Assembly (NCBI GenBank): GCA_039679675.1
Contig: JBDKUN010000028.1
Location: forward strand, 96,001-160,000
DNA from: Armatimonadota bacterium
Lineage (GTDB): Bacteria; Armatimonadota; UBA5829; DTLH01
Length of the DNA: 64,000 nt
Reading direction: 5' to 3'
In this document: piece by piece, positions 17,538 through 28,375 of the stretch
Numbering within the stretch: the stretch's first letter is position 1
Layout: every line of letters begins with the position of its first letter
Made by a program: the position numbers and the translations under genes
The notes under the pieces: generated by a model
The model's database searches: none
Seen by the model: only the letters and a program-made list of their open reading frames with translations
Told to the model about the DNA's origin: nothing

Positions 17538-20500
17538 TCAGCTTTCTTCTTCTTTGAGAAGACAGCACTTCTTATACTTCTTGCCGCTGCCGCACGGGCA
17601 TGGGTCGTTCCGGCCAACTTTTCCTGATGACCTGTGCGGTGTCACTTTCGATGTCTGGCCGTTACCGCTTGAGCTCTGACTGTCTCCCGAACCGCTTTCA
17701 ACCACGTTGTAGTACCGTTTGCGGCGCTGCGGTTCCGGCTTTGCCAACTGGACGCGGTATACCCAGCGCACCATGTCTTCCTGGATGCTGTGCTGCATCA
17801 CCATGAACATGTCGTACGCTTCCTTCTTGTAGGCGACTAGCGGGTCCTGCTGCGCGTAACCTCTCAAGGAAATTCCCTCGCGGAGGTAGTCCATCGCCTC
17901 CAGGTGGTCCATCCACCTGTTGTTTATGAGCTGAAGCGAGATGTGGCGCTCGACATCGCGCATTGCGTCTTCGCCGATCTCCTGCTCCTTGTCCTGATAG
18001 GTCCGTTCCGCTACCGCATCGAGTAGGTCGGTGAGTTCCTCGCGCTTCTTGTTTTTGAGATCGGCCGGTTTTGCATAGACTTCAAGCGGGAAGATCTCGT
18101 TCAACGAGCGGAAGAGGGAGTCCGTGTCCCACTCACTCGGATGAACGCCTTCGACGCAGAAAGAGTCGATATTTTCCTGAATTGTCTTCTGCAGATAGTC
18201 CACAATAGTCGGTCTGAGGCTGACTCCTTCCAGAATCATCTTCCTCTGGCCGTAGATCGTCTCGCGCTGGACGTTCATTACATCGTCGTAATCGAGAACG
18301 TGTTTTCTGATGCCGAAGTAGTAAGCTTCGACCTTCTTCTGAGCGCGCTCGATCATCTTTGTGAGTATGCCGGAGTCGAGCGGCTGGTCTTCCTGCCATC
18401 CGCGAAGAAGCGGCGACTGTGTCTTGTCTCCGAAAAGTCTCCAGAGCTCGTCTTCGAGCGATACGAAGAACTTGGCCGAGCCTGGGTCTCCCTGCCGTCC
18501 GGACCGACCACGGAGCTGGTTATCGATACGCCGGCTTTCGTGCCGTTCCGTGCCCAGAATATGCAGTCCGCCCCGGTAGATGACTTCCTTCGATTCGTCG
18601 GTCATCGATTCCCATTTATCGCGGTTCTGCTCAAGCCACGTTTTGAAATCCCAGGACGCGCCAGCGGGGTTGAAGTCACTTTGGGACTGATGCGCCGTCC
18701 CGTCAGCTTCCGCCTGTTCCTGAACCTCACGGCTTCCGCCCAGGATGATGTCTACGCCTCGTCCGGCCATGTTCGTCGCGATAGTCACTGCGCCTTTTCG
18801 ACCGGCTTCGGAGATGATCTGAGCTTCCGACTCGTGGTACTTGGCGTTCAGAACGCTGTGGACTATTCCCTTACTGAGCGCATCAGCGAGCACCGGCAGG
18901 TCGGCTTCGGCTATGCCGAGGACAGCGCCCAGTTCGGTTATGTTCTCAGGCCGCAGCATGTCCGTATTTACGCCCAGGGTCTTGGCAAGCCCCTGAAGCC
19001 TCGGTATGGTAAGTTCGTCGAACCTTTCGTTCAGGAGCGCATGGTACTGTTGCTTCTTCTCCGCGTCCATGTTCTTGGCGTCTTCCAGCTTTCGCCTGAG
19101 CAGAATAGTAGCTCCCAAAAGCTGCAAGCGCTCGGAGATCATCCTGTCGCTCACCCGCTCAGAGACTTCGATTGATCTGGTTCCGACCAGAACAGGCTGC
19201 TGTCTTGTGTAGCACCGCAAAATCTCTTCAGCAATCCCTCGGAACTTGGCTTCTTCCGTCTTGTAAAAGACGTCCGCGTAGTCCTTGCGGATCATCGGCC
19301 GGTTTGTGGGGATTTCTACGACGTCGAGGGCGTAGATCTTCCTGAACTCGTCCTCTTCGGTCATAGCGGTACCGGTCATACCAGCGAGTTTCTTGTAAAG
19401 TCTGAAATAGTTCTGATAGGTGATCGTTGCAAGCGTCTGGTTCTCTTCCTGAATCCTGACGCCTTCTTTTGCTTCTACCGCCTGGTGCAGCCCATCGCTC
19501 CACCTCCGGCCGAACATCAACCGGCCCGTGAACTCGTCTACGATGTGCACCTGGCCGTCTTTTACCACATAGTCGATGTCCCGCTTGAATACCGCGTGGG
19601 CCTTCAATGCGGAGTTCGCGTGCTGCATCAGCTCCAGGTTTTCGGGATCGGTAAGGTTGCCGCAGGCAAAAGCCTCCTCGATCTTTGTGACACCTTCTTC
19701 GGTGAGCATCGCAGTCTTGGCTTTTTCATCGACTGTATAATCTGTTTCTTTGCGGAGCCGGGCTACTACTCGGTCCATTTTGTAATAAAGATCGGTCGAT
19801 TCGCGCGCCTGGCCGGAGATAATGAGTGGTGTCCTGGCTTCGTCGATCAGGATGCTGTCCACCTCGTCCACGATGGCGTAATTGAGCTCCCGCTGCACGA
19901 GTTCGTCCCGGCTAAATGCCATATTGTCGTACAGGTAATCGAACCCGAACTCGCTGTTCGTGCCGTAGGTGATATCCGCCTGGTATGCAAGCCGCCGTCC
20001 GGCCTTGTTTGCAGGGTCGTAGGGGTTATCGTCATCCCCAAGCGGGCGGAGGTGCTCCCACTCATCCGGGTCATCCGGCTCGTAGGTCGGGTCGTAGATG
20101 TAAGATGCCCGGCTTGAGCCTGATTCAGCGCCCTGCCCCTGGATTGCCGCGACCGAGAGGCCGAGGAAGTGGTAAATCGGTCCATACCAACGGGCGTCTC
20201 GTTTTGCCAGATAGTCGTTTACCGTGACCAGGTGAGCGCCTTTGCCTTCAAGGGCATTCAGATAAAGCGCCAGGGTTGCGGTAAGTGTTTTGCCTTCACC
20301 CGTTTTCATCTCAGCGATGCGTCCCTGGTGAAGCACGATAGCGCCGATCATCTGCACGTCGAAGTGGCGTGCCTTATCGGGCCCGAATGTGCGGCAGCCT
20401 GCTTCCCGGACGACAGCAAATGCCTCTGGAAGCAGGTCGTCAAGAGTTTCGCCTGCGGCAAGCCTGTCACGAAACTCTTTTGTCTTGCCGCTGAGCTGCT

Positions 20501-20612
20501 CGTCCGAAAGAGCCTGGATGGCAGGTTCCAGTGCATTGATCTGCTCAACGACTTGCCTGAACTTCTTTATCTCACGCTTGTTAGCGTTAAGTATCATATC
20601 AAGGAAGCCCAT
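17538..20612 (-). CDS. secA: preprotein translocase SecA
   Basis: [36 protein letters not shown]-terminal [17 protein letters not shown]. Confidence 0.98.
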   Translation of the reverse strand: MGFLDMILNANKREIKKFRQVVEQINALEPAIQALSDEQLSGKTKEFRDRLAAGETLDDLLPEAFAVVREAGCRTFGPDKARHFDVQMIGAIVLHQGRIAEMKTGEGKTLTATLALYLNALEGKGAHLVTVNDYLAKRDARWYGPIYHFLGLSVAAIQGQGAESGSSRASYIYDPTYEPDDPDEWEHLRPLGDDDNPYDPANKAGRRLAYQADITYGTNSEFGFDYLYDNMAFSRDELVQRELNYAIVDEVDSILIDEARTPLIISGQARESTDLYYKMDRVVARLRKETDYTVDEKAKTAMLTEEGVTKIEEAFACGNLTDPENLELMQHANSALKAHAVFKRDIDYVVKDGQVHIVDEFTGRLMFGRRWSDGLHQAVEAKEGVRIQEENQTLATITYQNYFRLYKKLAGMTGTAMTEEDEFRKIYALDVVEIPTNRPMIRKDYADVFYKTEEAKFRGIAEEILRCYTRQQPVLVGTRSIEVSERVSDRMISERLQLLGATILLRRKLEDAKNMDAEKKQQYHALLNERFDELTIPRLQGLAKTLGVNTDMLRPENITELGAVLGIAEADLPVLADALSKGIVHSVLNAKYHESEAQIISEAGRKGAVTIATNMAGRGVDIILGGSREVQEQAEADGTAHQSQSDFNPAGASWDFKTWLEQNRDKWESMTDESKEVIYRGGLHILGTERHESRRIDNQLRGRSGRQGDPGSAKFFVSLEDELWRLFGDKTQSPLLRGWQEDQPLDSGILTKMIERAQKKVEAYYFGIRKHVLDYDDVMNVQRETIYGQRKMILEGVSLRPTIVDYLQKTIQENIDSFCVEGVHPSEWDTDSLFRSLNEIFPLEVYAKPADLKNKKREELTDLLDAVAERTYQDKEQEIGEDAMRDVERHISLQLINNRWMDHLEAMDYLREGISLRGYAQQDPLVAYKKEAYDMFMVMQHSIQEDMVRWVYRVQLAKPEPQRRKRYYNVVESGSGDSQSSSGNGQTSKVTPHRSSGKVGRNDPCPCGSGKKYKKCCLLKEEES

Positions 20613-20732
20613 GTGTATCTCCGTTGCGAGGGGAATGCGACAAAGAAAAGGGAACCTTGGGGACTGACAGCTTAATCAGCTTCCCGTAGTTCCCTGAAAT
20701 TCCCTCACCTATATTGGTTAAACTGTGAATTA

Positions 20733-20761
20733 ATGTTACCACGCGAGCGTCAGATTGTCAA
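20733..20761 (-). promoter_or_regulatory. sigma70 promoter of secA
   Basis: Minus strand TTGACA-17nt-TAACAT. Confidence 0.6.
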
Positions 20762-22357
20762 ATTCTCGCGGGCTCCAGCCCGCTCCCTTATCAGCGCTTC
20801 AACACGGGTATTTTCGCCGCCGACAGCTATCATCGCTCTTAACTTCATCGACCTGTCGATGCCTGTTATGCTCAGCTTAAAGGAGTTTGTATCTTTGGCA
20901 GGCCGGATGTAATCTGATGCATCGATCCCGTCTACTATCAGCTTTACCGAGCTTACATCCAGCTTTCCACCGCCTGCTGTCTTTTTAAAGACTACATCGT
21001 ATTGTGCTGCGTTTTTGCAGATAGACATCAGATCGATCTCCACGCACGAGCCGCTCTTTCTGATTTCATCCGCGCTCCATTCACCGGCCTTAATATAGTC
21101 CGGCTGCCGTGTTTTTACTGCCGGAGCGGCATCAGCGCCGGTGTTATATGCAGCCAGACTCCGGATGATCGGCTGTCCGGCGGACTCTGTACATCTGAAC
21201 CGGACCATGGAGACAGTCACCGGGCTGAACCGGTCGATTTTCTTGTGGCCTATTGCGCTCCCACGGCAGATTTCGACCCATTTGCCATCCGTCATTCCTT
21301 CTATAACGTATGAGCGGACCCGTTCTCCCTCTGTTATGTCTTCCATTGTTATCACATGGTCGATGGTCTGCGGCTTGCCGAGGTCGAGCGTTACTTCGTC
21401 TCTCACTCCATTCGTCTCAGCGAGGGATTTGCCGAACCGCTTCATTATTTCAGCGCCGAACTCAACGGACCGCCTTGCATCGGCTTCGGGAATGGCTCCT
21501 GTAGTGTCAGGAGTATTATTCAACAGCAGGACAGCGCCATGGCCGACCGAGCCATAATACATGCCCATAAGATGGTCGACACTTTTCAGCGTATCGGCAT
21601 TGGTTGTATTCCAAAACCAGTCCCTTCGGATTCTGGCGTCGCACTCTATGGGAAGCCACACATCGCCGTCCGGATTGCTGTGCTCGGATGTTGCGTTGAG
21701 GGTCTCGGCATCTGCTTTCGAAACGGCGTTCCAGGTTGGATAAGGGGCGATACCTTCCTCGTTGCCTACCCACCGGATCGAGGTGTGCGGCCCCTGGAAG
21801 ATTACTGCATTGGGAGCATACTGCGTGAGTATGTCGCCGACTTCCGTCACTATGCTGCCGTCGAACCAGACTTCCATCATCTCGCCATACCAGCTGAGGA
21901 GCTCCGTCAACTGCTCCCGGTACAGTTCGTTATAAGCTTCCTGCTCTTCAGGGGTTTTGCATCTTCCACCCACAGTAGCGCCGTGCTTTCCGTCGGCTGG
22001 AGACAGGTAGACTCCGAGCTTCATCCCCCGCTTCGCGCACGACAAAGCGAGGTCCGCCATGACATCTCCCTTCCCGCCTTTCCACGGGGTATTTTTCACG
22101 CTGTAGTCCGTGGTTTCAGTCTGCCACCAGCAGAAACCGCCCGCATGCTTGGCAACGAAGACGATATACTTCGCGCCGAGGCTCTCAGCTACGCGTACCC
22201 ACTCGTCTGTATCGAGCCGGGTAGGGTTTATCTCCTCCAGCGGCGTGGAAAGATCGTCTCCTTCTTTGTCCTGCCAGGTATTTGGTGCAAAGTGGATAAA
22301 CATCCCGATTTCCAGGTCCTGCCACGCAGCCTGTTCAGGAGTAGGCCGTGCTAACAT
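20750..22357 (-). CDS. alpha-L-fucosidase (GH29)
   Basis: PTPEQAAWQDLEIGMFIHF, AKHAGGFCWW, EVWFDG, RWVGNEEG; F5/8-like domain. Confidence 0.9.
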   Translation of the reverse strand: MLARPTPEQAAWQDLEIGMFIHFAPNTWQDKEGDDLSTPLEEINPTRLDTDEWVRVAESLGAKYIVFVAKHAGGFCWWQTETTDYSVKNTPWKGGKGDVMADLALSCAKRGMKLGVYLSPADGKHGATVGGRCKTPEEQEAYNELYREQLTELLSWYGEMMEVWFDGSIVTEVGDILTQYAPNAVIFQGPHTSIRWVGNEEGIAPYPTWNAVSKADAETLNATSEHSNPDGDVWLPIECDARIRRDWFWNTTNADTLKSVDHLMGMYYGSVGHGAVLLLNNTPDTTGAIPEADARRSVEFGAEIMKRFGKSLAETNGVRDEVTLDLGKPQTIDHVITMEDITEGERVRSYVIEGMTDGKWVEICRGSAIGHKKIDRFSPVTVSMVRFRCTESAGQPIIRSLAAYNTGADAAPAVKTRQPDYIKAGEWSADEIRKSGSCVEIDLMSICKNAAQYDVVFKKTAGGGKLDVSSVKLIVDGIDASDYIRPAKDTNSFKLSITGIDRSMKLRAMIAVGGENTRVEALIRERAGARENLTI

Positions 22358-22487
22358 GGTGAAATTACCTCTTTCATCCTGCCGGAAGCAGGGTAAATAA
22401 TGTGTTAATCAATGTAGTATCTATATGGTTGTTCCAGAGTCGCATTTGTTCTTCCTTCCTTAAAAAACGGAAGATATTCGGCTGAGA

Positions 22488-22512
22488 AGGAGTATAGCAG
22501 GCGGTGTCGAAT
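22488..22512 (+). promoter_or_regulatory. SigH(Spo0H)-like promoter
   Basis: AGGA-17nt-GAAT (..GAAGGA..GTCGAAT). Confidence 0.45.
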
Positions 22513-22553
22513 ACTGATATAACACTTCAAACAAAAGATTGGAGGCTCCTTAA

Positions 22554-23462
22554 ATGAAACCGTTTCTGACATTTATGTTGATTTTGCTCACAGCAGTGTC
22601 GGTGATAGCTGCGGACACCACAGCTCCGGCGGTTGCTCCCGCGAAGGACAAAACTATAACGATCGATGTGAAGGACAAGCCGGTGGCGGATGTGCTGAAG
22701 GACATAGCGGCGTCCACAGGGCAGACGATCCTCGTCGAGAAGCTGGTCGACGGCAAGATAACCGCCAACATCAAGGATACGACAGTCGAGAAGGCGCTCG
22801 ATACCTTAACAAAGATACTCGGCCTTGAGTGGCGCAAGGTCCAGGTCGTGACGGGATCGTCACTTTCGAAAGATGCGGACGCACTCGCATCTCAGATGAG
22901 GACAGTCCTTTCTCTGAAATTCCCGGATATGCTAATATCCCCGGCAGGCGCGGGCGGATCGTTCGTCCATGTCCAGGGAGAGGCCGCAGCCAAAGAGATC
23001 ACAAAGACGGTCCCGTCTCCGGCCGGATTTACTACAGTGTACCTCGTGACCGATGACGAAAAGGCCTACAAGCAGGAGCTGAAGGACGAATCCAAGAAAA
23101 AGGTCGCAAAGTACGCGGCAGCCTGCAAGGAAATGATGGAGATGTTCCTCTCTATGACCCCGGAAGAGCGCGCAGCGGCGCTCAAGGAGAGCATGGGCGT
23201 GATGAGTCAGCTCGGGCCGGAGGCTATGGTTGATATGATGAACTCGATGCAGGACATCGATCCGAGCTACATGGCTGAGATGAGCAAAGCAGCAATGCAG
23301 GCGATGTTCAGCATGGACCCGGAGGCACGAAAGAACATGCTCAGGTCTCAGATGCAGCAGCAGATGGAGCTAATAAAGTCGCTCAACCCGGAACAGCTTC
23401 AGCAGTTCCAAAAAGATGCCGCTGAGGTAGCCGCCGAAATGATGGGCGGAGGGGGAAACTAG
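22554..23462 (+). CDS. secreted protein with STN/secretin-N-like domain and Met/Gln-rich helical tail
   Basis: Signal peptide; ITIDVKDKPVADVLKDIA..GKITANIKDTTVEKALDTL..GLEW. Confidence 0.7.
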   Translation: MKPFLTFMLILLTAVSVIAADTTAPAVAPAKDKTITIDVKDKPVADVLKDIAASTGQTILVEKLVDGKITANIKDTTVEKALDTLTKILGLEWRKVQVVTGSSLSKDADALASQMRTVLSLKFPDMLISPAGAGGSFVHVQGEAAAKEITKTVPSPAGFTTVYLVTDDEKAYKQELKDESKKKVAKYAAACKEMMEMFLSMTPEERAAALKESMGVMSQLGPEAMVDMMNSMQDIDPSYMAEMSKAAMQAMFSMDPEARKNMLRSQMQQQMELIKSLNPEQLQQFQKDAAEVAAEMMGGGGN

Positions 23463-23545
23463 GATTTTAGGGTTCAGGATTTAGTGGAGTTGGTAGATAT
23501 TTGCACCAATTCTCCCCAAATCCTGAATCCTGCATTCAAAATCCT
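23461..23545. repeat. long hairpin of 7-nt periodic AGGATTT units between convergent genes
   Basis: aggattttagggttcaggatttag.. vs ..ccaaatcctgaatcctgcattcaaaatcct. Confidence 0.65.
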
Positions 23546-23550
23546 TCATT

Positions 23551-26505
23551 TTACTGTCCGGCAGTCTTCGACTGTGGCTCCAGCCGCTTGATCGCCTCGG
23601 TGGCTTTCTCATTTGCCGGGTCTGTCTTCTTTATCTTTTTGTACTTGTCAAGCGCCTCAGCAGTCTTGCCGCATTTTTCGAGAAGCGCGGCGTATTTCAT
23701 CTGGTATACAGGGTTATCGAACTTCTCAAGGAACGCTTTGTATTCAGAAGCCGCGTCTTCCGGCTTATTTTGGCTCTCATAGATATCGCCGAGCACAGAG
23801 TGGACATCGCAGTTGCCGTTTGGGTCTGCATCGATCAGTTTTTTACATAGATCGATGGCTTTCTGGTGCTCACCCACCTCCTGCAGCCAATAAACGAGCG
23901 TCAAATTGAGCCCGCGGTCCTTATCCCGTTCAGGAAGGAGTGTCTCAAGGAAGGCTATCCCTTCATTGACCTTGTTTACGGACTTGTACTCTGTCATCAG
24001 GAAGCTGTAGAGCGGAATCTGGCTGGAATTCTTTACCGTTTCATTGAGAAACTCCAGCCACTCTTTCTCCTGGTTTTTGTCCTTATAAATCCTGCTGAGC
24101 TGGTTCAGCGCTGTCCCGTTCGACGGCTGCAATTTGAGCACCTGTTTGAGCTCATCTGCGGCCTGGTCTGCCTTCCCCTGCTTTACATGAATATCAGCCA
24201 TCGCAGCCAGTGCATCAGCTTTTGTCTGCGGGTCCTTGGAAGCCTCGGTGTAGACCGCCAGAGCCTCATCCAGCCGTTGTTTTTCCAGGAGCATTGCGCC
24301 GAGTTCCATCCTGATCAAAGCTGCACCGGGGCTGTTCTGGCTGATCTGTTTCTTGTATTCTTCTATGGCTTCGTCCGTTTTTCCGGCTGTCGCCAGCAGC
24401 TTTCCGAGATCAGCCGGGCTGGTATACTGCGGATGTGACGCGGATAACTCCTTCTGATACTCGATAGCCTTGTCATACCGTTCGGCGCGTCTATTCAGTT
24501 CGATCAGGCTCCGAAGTGCATCCGGGTTCTTGCTGTCGAACGTAAGGATCTTCTCATATACTTTGACTGCTTCATCCGGCTTCAGCCTTTTTTCGAAGAA
24601 CCCTGCCAGAGCCTCATACGCTGCCGAATTCTTCGGGTTCGCCTCGCAGGTCTTTTCAAGCTCCGCCTGGGCTTCATCCATTTTGCCCATCGATTCGAAC
24701 GCGTTTGCGGTGAGAATGTGAGGCTGGATGTTCTTGGGGTCGATCGCTGCCGCCTCTCGATACTTAGCGATAGCTTCTTCTTTCTTGCCCTGTCTCGACA
24801 GCAGATTTCCGATGCAATCGATTGAGGTCGCATCTTTCGGGTTTACCTTCAGAATCTCCTCAAACTGTGCGATAGCGAGGTCGATATTTTTCTGCCTCAC
24901 GTAATAGTCCGCCATGCGCTTGCGCGGTTCCGGGTTCTTGGGGTCCAGTGCGATAAGTTTCTGCCAGTACCCGGCGGCTTTATCCGGGTCATTCACCTGA
25001 TCGGCAATCTGGTCCAGGCACTGGAATGCCGTCTCGTCTTTGGGATTCTTCTCGAGTATTTTGAAGCATTCCGCAGCGGCCTCGTCGAACTTTTTCTCCT
25101 CGATCATGATATTGATGATCTGGCCTTCCGGCGACGAAAACTCTGACGATTCAGTGGCGCCTTTCGGCATTTCGGCGGACATCCGCTGGTACAGCTCTAT
25201 GGCCTTGTCGTAATCTTTCCTGTCGCGGTACATCCTGGCCAAGGCGCTCATAGCCATTTGGTTTTTGGGGTTTTTCTTGAGAATTGCCTGGTATTCGCGC
25301 TCCGCTTCGGGGTATTTCTTAGCCACCGAATAGTCGGAAGCAATCCTAATGGGCAGGCTCTCATCCTTTGGATTCTGGTCAGCTGCGATCCTGAGGTATT
25401 TTACCGCGTCCTCGAACTTCCCCTGCTGCTCAAATAGTTCGCCCAGCGCAACCGCAATGAAAGAGCTTTTCGGGTCTATGTCCAGGGCAGCTTTATAGTG
25501 CTTCTCAGCCGTGGCGAAGTCTTTTAGCTGGGTTTCGGCCAGTGCAAGGTTATATTTCGCACCTGCATTTTGTGGGGCTGACATGCAGGCGTTATAGAAA
25601 TACTTCTTGGCGGATGCGAAATCCCCTTTTTCATATGCATATCTTCCTAGTGCGGTCGAGGCGGTGAAATTCTTCCCATCCACAGCCAGAAGGCCGTTCC
25701 AGTATTTGACAGCCTTTTCCTGATAAGTGGTTTTGGTTTTAGCATCCTTGCTCAACAAGGCTTTGTGCTCGTAGGCCTCTGCCAGCCCTAAAAGTGCCAT
25801 GGAGTCTTTCGGATCAGCCTTGCGGATGATGATCAGATGCTTTATGACTTCATCGGACTTGCCCAACCTGGCGGCGAGGTCCGCGGCAACGCGGCGTGTG
25901 TCCATGTCTGAGGGTGAAGCGGCCAGTATACGGTTGTATTGGGAAAGCGCCTGGCTGTAATCTTTGAGTTTGAGATAGCACCATGCCAAGTTGCGTCGCG
26001 CAGCCAGGTCATTGGGGTTCAGAGCAACAAATTTCTTGAATTGCGCCGCCGCGCCGTTATAGTCCTCTTCTTTTACGGCTATGATCCCCAATGTAAAGAT
26101 CGCCGCCGAGTTTCGCGGGTCGATCTTTACGGCTTTTCGGGCGTATTCTTCCGCTTTGCTCAATTGGTTTTTCGAGAAGTAAATCCGGGAGATTTCCGAT
26201 AACACCTGGGTGTTTTTAGGATTGAGCCCGGACAGCTTGATGAGCAGCGGAAGAGCTGCATCCGGGCTGTTTTTTGCCAGGTAGATGCTGGACAGGTTCA
26301 GCAAAGCAGGTTGAAGTTTCGGGTCGGCAGCAATCGCCTGTTTATACTCGACAATTGCAGCATCTATTTTACCGCTTTTATGTAGACCCAGTGCCTTGTT
26401 GAAGTGGTCGGCTGCAGGGCTTTTGGGCTGGCAAAGAGCGCCGATGGAAAACACAAATGTGAACAGCAAAGCCGCAGACGCGCAAAACACGCCTCGTTTG
26501 AGCAT
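23551..26505 (-). CDS. large secreted TPR-repeat protein
   Basis: Signal peptide; TPR repeats along the whole length; AAGGAG RBS. Confidence 0.92.
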   Translation of the reverse strand: MLKRGVFCASAALLFTFVFSIGALCQPKSPAADHFNKALGLHKSGKIDAAIVEYKQAIAADPKLQPALLNLSSIYLAKNSPDAALPLLIKLSGLNPKNTQVLSEISRIYFSKNQLSKAEEYARKAVKIDPRNSAAIFTLGIIAVKEEDYNGAAAQFKKFVALNPNDLAARRNLAWCYLKLKDYSQALSQYNRILAASPSDMDTRRVAADLAARLGKSDEVIKHLIIIRKADPKDSMALLGLAEAYEHKALLSKDAKTKTTYQEKAVKYWNGLLAVDGKNFTASTALGRYAYEKGDFASAKKYFYNACMSAPQNAGAKYNLALAETQLKDFATAEKHYKAALDIDPKSSFIAVALGELFEQQGKFEDAVKYLRIAADQNPKDESLPIRIASDYSVAKKYPEAEREYQAILKKNPKNQMAMSALARMYRDRKDYDKAIELYQRMSAEMPKGATESSEFSSPEGQIINIMIEEKKFDEAAAECFKILEKNPKDETAFQCLDQIADQVNDPDKAAGYWQKLIALDPKNPEPRKRMADYYVRQKNIDLAIAQFEEILKVNPKDATSIDCIGNLLSRQGKKEEAIAKYREAAAIDPKNIQPHILTANAFESMGKMDEAQAELEKTCEANPKNSAAYEALAGFFEKRLKPDEAVKVYEKILTFDSKNPDALRSLIELNRRAERYDKAIEYQKELSASHPQYTSPADLGKLLATAGKTDEAIEEYKKQISQNSPGAALIRMELGAMLLEKQRLDEALAVYTEASKDPQTKADALAAMADIHVKQGKADQAADELKQVLKLQPSNGTALNQLSRIYKDKNQEKEWLEFLNETVKNSSQIPLYSFLMTEYKSVNKVNEGIAFLETLLPERDKDRGLNLTLVYWLQEVGEHQKAIDLCKKLIDADPNGNCDVHSVLGDIYESQNKPEDAASEYKAFLEKFDNPVYQMKYAALLEKCGKTAEALDKYKKIKKTDPANEKATEAIKRLEPQSKTAGQ

Positions 26506-26540
26506 TATTATCTCTCCTTGAACCAAATTTTACTGACGAA

Positions 26541-26569
26541 ATTTTAGGCCCAGCCGTAGTAAAAGTCAA
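26541..26569 (-). promoter_or_regulatory. sigma70 promoter overlapping a hairpin (26549-26582)
   Basis: Minus strand TTGACT-17nt-TAAAAT; CCCAGCCGT/ACGGCTGGG stem. Confidence 0.6.
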
Positions 26570-26597
26570 CCAAACGGCTGGGTTAAAGGGAACGGGG

Positions 26598-27635
26598 TTA
26601 AGAGATGGCGGAATCCTGCATTCTGTCCTGAAGCGGATCGGGAATAGGCATTAAAATCGGCGGATCAGCCTCGCGCAGACGGCGGATGATCGAAAGGATC
26701 AACTTGTCAGTGGAGGCATCCTGTGACTCGTCAAAAGGTATCATTACTTCTTTTTTTCCATTTTTGATATACAGAGCATAACCCCACAAGCTGGTGTTCC
26801 AGTTGACGAATCCCATATCCGACCAATCGAACACTACAGTCTTATTGGCTATTTCAACAGATAAAGCGTCCTCTCTTACACTAACCTGCCTCGCAGTTTT
26901 TCTCATTGGCCAGATATATAGCATATATATCCACATTCCAGGACCGATTAGAAATAACCATTGGTACCACAAACCACGAATGCCTAAAATTATAATAAAT
27001 ACGCATAATATAACAAATGTTATGGACCAAGGCAGGAGTATTGGCAGGTCCTTCATCGTGATTCTTGGGAGTCTCGGATTTACCCAGTCCACTTCATGCG
27101 GGGTATCAGCCGGAATTTCCATCCAGAGTGATTTCATCTGGGGTGTAGGCTTAAAGCTGGCCGGACTGTTTATCTCAGCAAGGTGTTGCCAGATGGATGC
27201 GCCAAAGGTAACGAGAACTTGATCGGGCACTGCGGACAGTTTAAGCTCACCTATATCCGTCAGAAGTACAAACGATTGTGTGCTTATCACTTCCCTGATC
27301 TGCGTCCATTCAATAAGTCTACACCTAAAGAGCCCTTTTATCAGGATCCCGCGCGGACTAGTTTCCCAATAGAAATCCGCTCGTATGGTATTGAAGAACC
27401 AGACAATTATTCCAATGCTGATGATAAGCATCAGTCCGGCGACAGTAATCGAGAATTTGGGATGTTTCGTTCCTGTAGATATCGCAACGACTAAAATCAT
27501 AAGCGGAAAAAACAGAAGACATATAAGAAGCGCGACTGAAATAAGGGCATGTCTGCGTGCAGCCGCACGAAAGCTCTTTGCCGTCCGTACAGACTCAAGC
27601 GCCGGAAGATAGGGTGCGTTTTCCGTTTTCTCCAA
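26598..27635 (-). CDS. hypothetical membrane protein, two 2TM+PH-like units
   Basis: Duplicated architecture (..IEWTQIREV.., ..FDWSDMGFV..); AT-rich. Confidence 0.65.
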   Translation of the reverse strand: MEKTENAPYLPALESVRTAKSFRAAARRHALISVALLICLLFFPLMILVVAISTGTKHPKFSITVAGLMLIISIGIIVWFFNTIRADFYWETSPRGILIKGLFRCRLIEWTQIREVISTQSFVLLTDIGELKLSAVPDQVLVTFGASIWQHLAEINSPASFKPTPQMKSLWMEIPADTPHEVDWVNPRLPRITMKDLPILLPWSITFVILCVFIIILGIRGLWYQWLFLIGPGMWIYMLYIWPMRKTARQVSVREDALSVEIANKTVVFDWSDMGFVNWNTSLWGYALYIKNGKKEVMIPFDESQDASTDKLILSIIRRLREADPPILMPIPDPLQDRMQDSAIS

Positions 27636-27638
27636 TGT

Positions 27639-28364
27639 CTACACCTCTGCCGCACTCATCTCCGCAGCTATCTTTCTTGCTGCTTCGGCGGGATTTTCGG
27701 CGCGGGTAATCGGGCGGCCGATCACGAGATAGCTCGATCCGGTGCGGATGGCATCCGCGGGGGTCATTACGCGCTTCTGGTCGCCCACATCGGCTCCGGC
27801 AGGACGGACTCCGGGGGTTACAATGAGAAAGTCCGGGCCGGTGACATCTCTTATATACTTCACTTCGTTCGGGGACGCCACTACGCCGTCCAAGCCTGCC
27901 GACTGAGCAAGCTGGGCAAGGTGCATGACCTGGTTCACAAGGCCCGATGCGACTCTCAGCTCGTCGGTGAGGGTCATATTATCGATGCTGGTAAGGATCG
28001 TCACCCCGATCAGCTTGGGAGGGTCGATGCCGAGCTTCGCAGCTTCTTCTTTTGCGGCTTCGGCGGCGGCACGCATCATTGCGCAACCCCCGCTTGCATG
28101 CACGTTCAGCATCCAGACGTTGTTTCGGACGGCAGCGCGGACAGCGGAGGCCACAGTGTTCGGAATATCGTGGAATTTGGCATCGTAGAATATTTTTTCG
28201 GCCCCGGCAGCTTTCAGCTCATCGAAAATAGCCGGTCCGGTGACATTAAAGAGCTCCAACCCTACTTTGAACGCTCCGACTTCACCCTTAAGGCTCTTTA
28301 CAAGCTCAACAGCCTTTTCCGCACTGTCCACATCCAGCGCCACGATGATTCTATCCTTACTCAA
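27639..28364 (-). CDS. pyrF: orotidine-5'-phosphate decarboxylase
   Basis: IIVALD, KVGLEL, DAKFHDIPNTV, TPGVRP, GRPIT. Confidence 0.97.
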   Translation of the reverse strand: MSKDRIIVALDVDSAEKAVELVKSLKGEVGAFKVGLELFNVTGPAIFDELKAAGAEKIFYDAKFHDIPNTVASAVRAAVRNNVWMLNVHASGGCAMMRAAAEAAKEEAAKLGIDPPKLIGVTILTSIDNMTLTDELRVASGLVNQVMHLAQLAQSAGLDGVVASPNEVKYIRDVTGPDFLIVTPGVRPAGADVGDQKRVMTPADAIRTGSSYLVIGRPITRAENPAEAARKIAAEMSAAEV

Positions 28365-28375
28365 ACTTTTTCTCC

